Below are positions 24,175-24,176 of a stretch of 24,176 nucleotides of DNA, piece after piece. The notes beneath the pieces are model-generated. The model was not told the origin of the DNA. It worked only from the letters and a program-made list of their open reading frames with translations, and did not search any database. A program made the position numbers and the translations under genes. The DNA is from a virus (lineage: Duplodnaviria; Caudoviricetes): the IMG/VR virus record IMGVR_UViG_3300031565_004358, positions 1 to 24,176 of that record; one strand, written 5' to 3'. Position 1 is the first letter of the stretch, and each line of letters opens with the position of its first letter.

Positions 24175-24176
24175 CC

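Noticed and set aside
1-24176. tRNA, rRNA, IS elements or long repeats
   Set aside because: Intergenic gaps are at most about 36 nt, and no such structures or transposase motifs were seen.

Overview
AT-rich fragment of a large tailed (Caudoviricetes-like) phage genome, almost fully coding, with two convergent transcription blocks. The + strand (about 3-6659) is the 5'-truncated 3' part of a giant lambda gpJ-type tail-tip/host-specificity gene, with FN3, LamG-like, inserted CBM-like and C-terminal FN3-associated segments. The - strand (6656-24176) is a tightly coupled replication/recombination/modification operon. In transcription order it reads: recA (5' truncated), DUF559/Vsr-like endonuclease, hypothetical, dnaB, primase, PD-(D/E)XK exonuclease, then a family-C polymerase in three genes (degenerate PHP, DEDDh exonuclease, PHP-less DnaE core), ClpA/C-like AAA+ ATPase and a small Sm/Hfq-like protein. 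After an intrinsic terminator come an APH/choline-kinase-like pseudokinase, a Whirly-like ssDNA-binding protein, a GT4 with a Zn ribbon fused to the N-lobe of a GT9, the GT9 C-lobe fused to an unknown domain, a Rad52/RecT-like annealing protein and a GNAT. The most notable items are the GT9 glycosyltransferase split across two fusion genes inside a terminator-gated cassette, and the tripartite Pol III. All assignments are from motif recognition by eye; no database searches were run.
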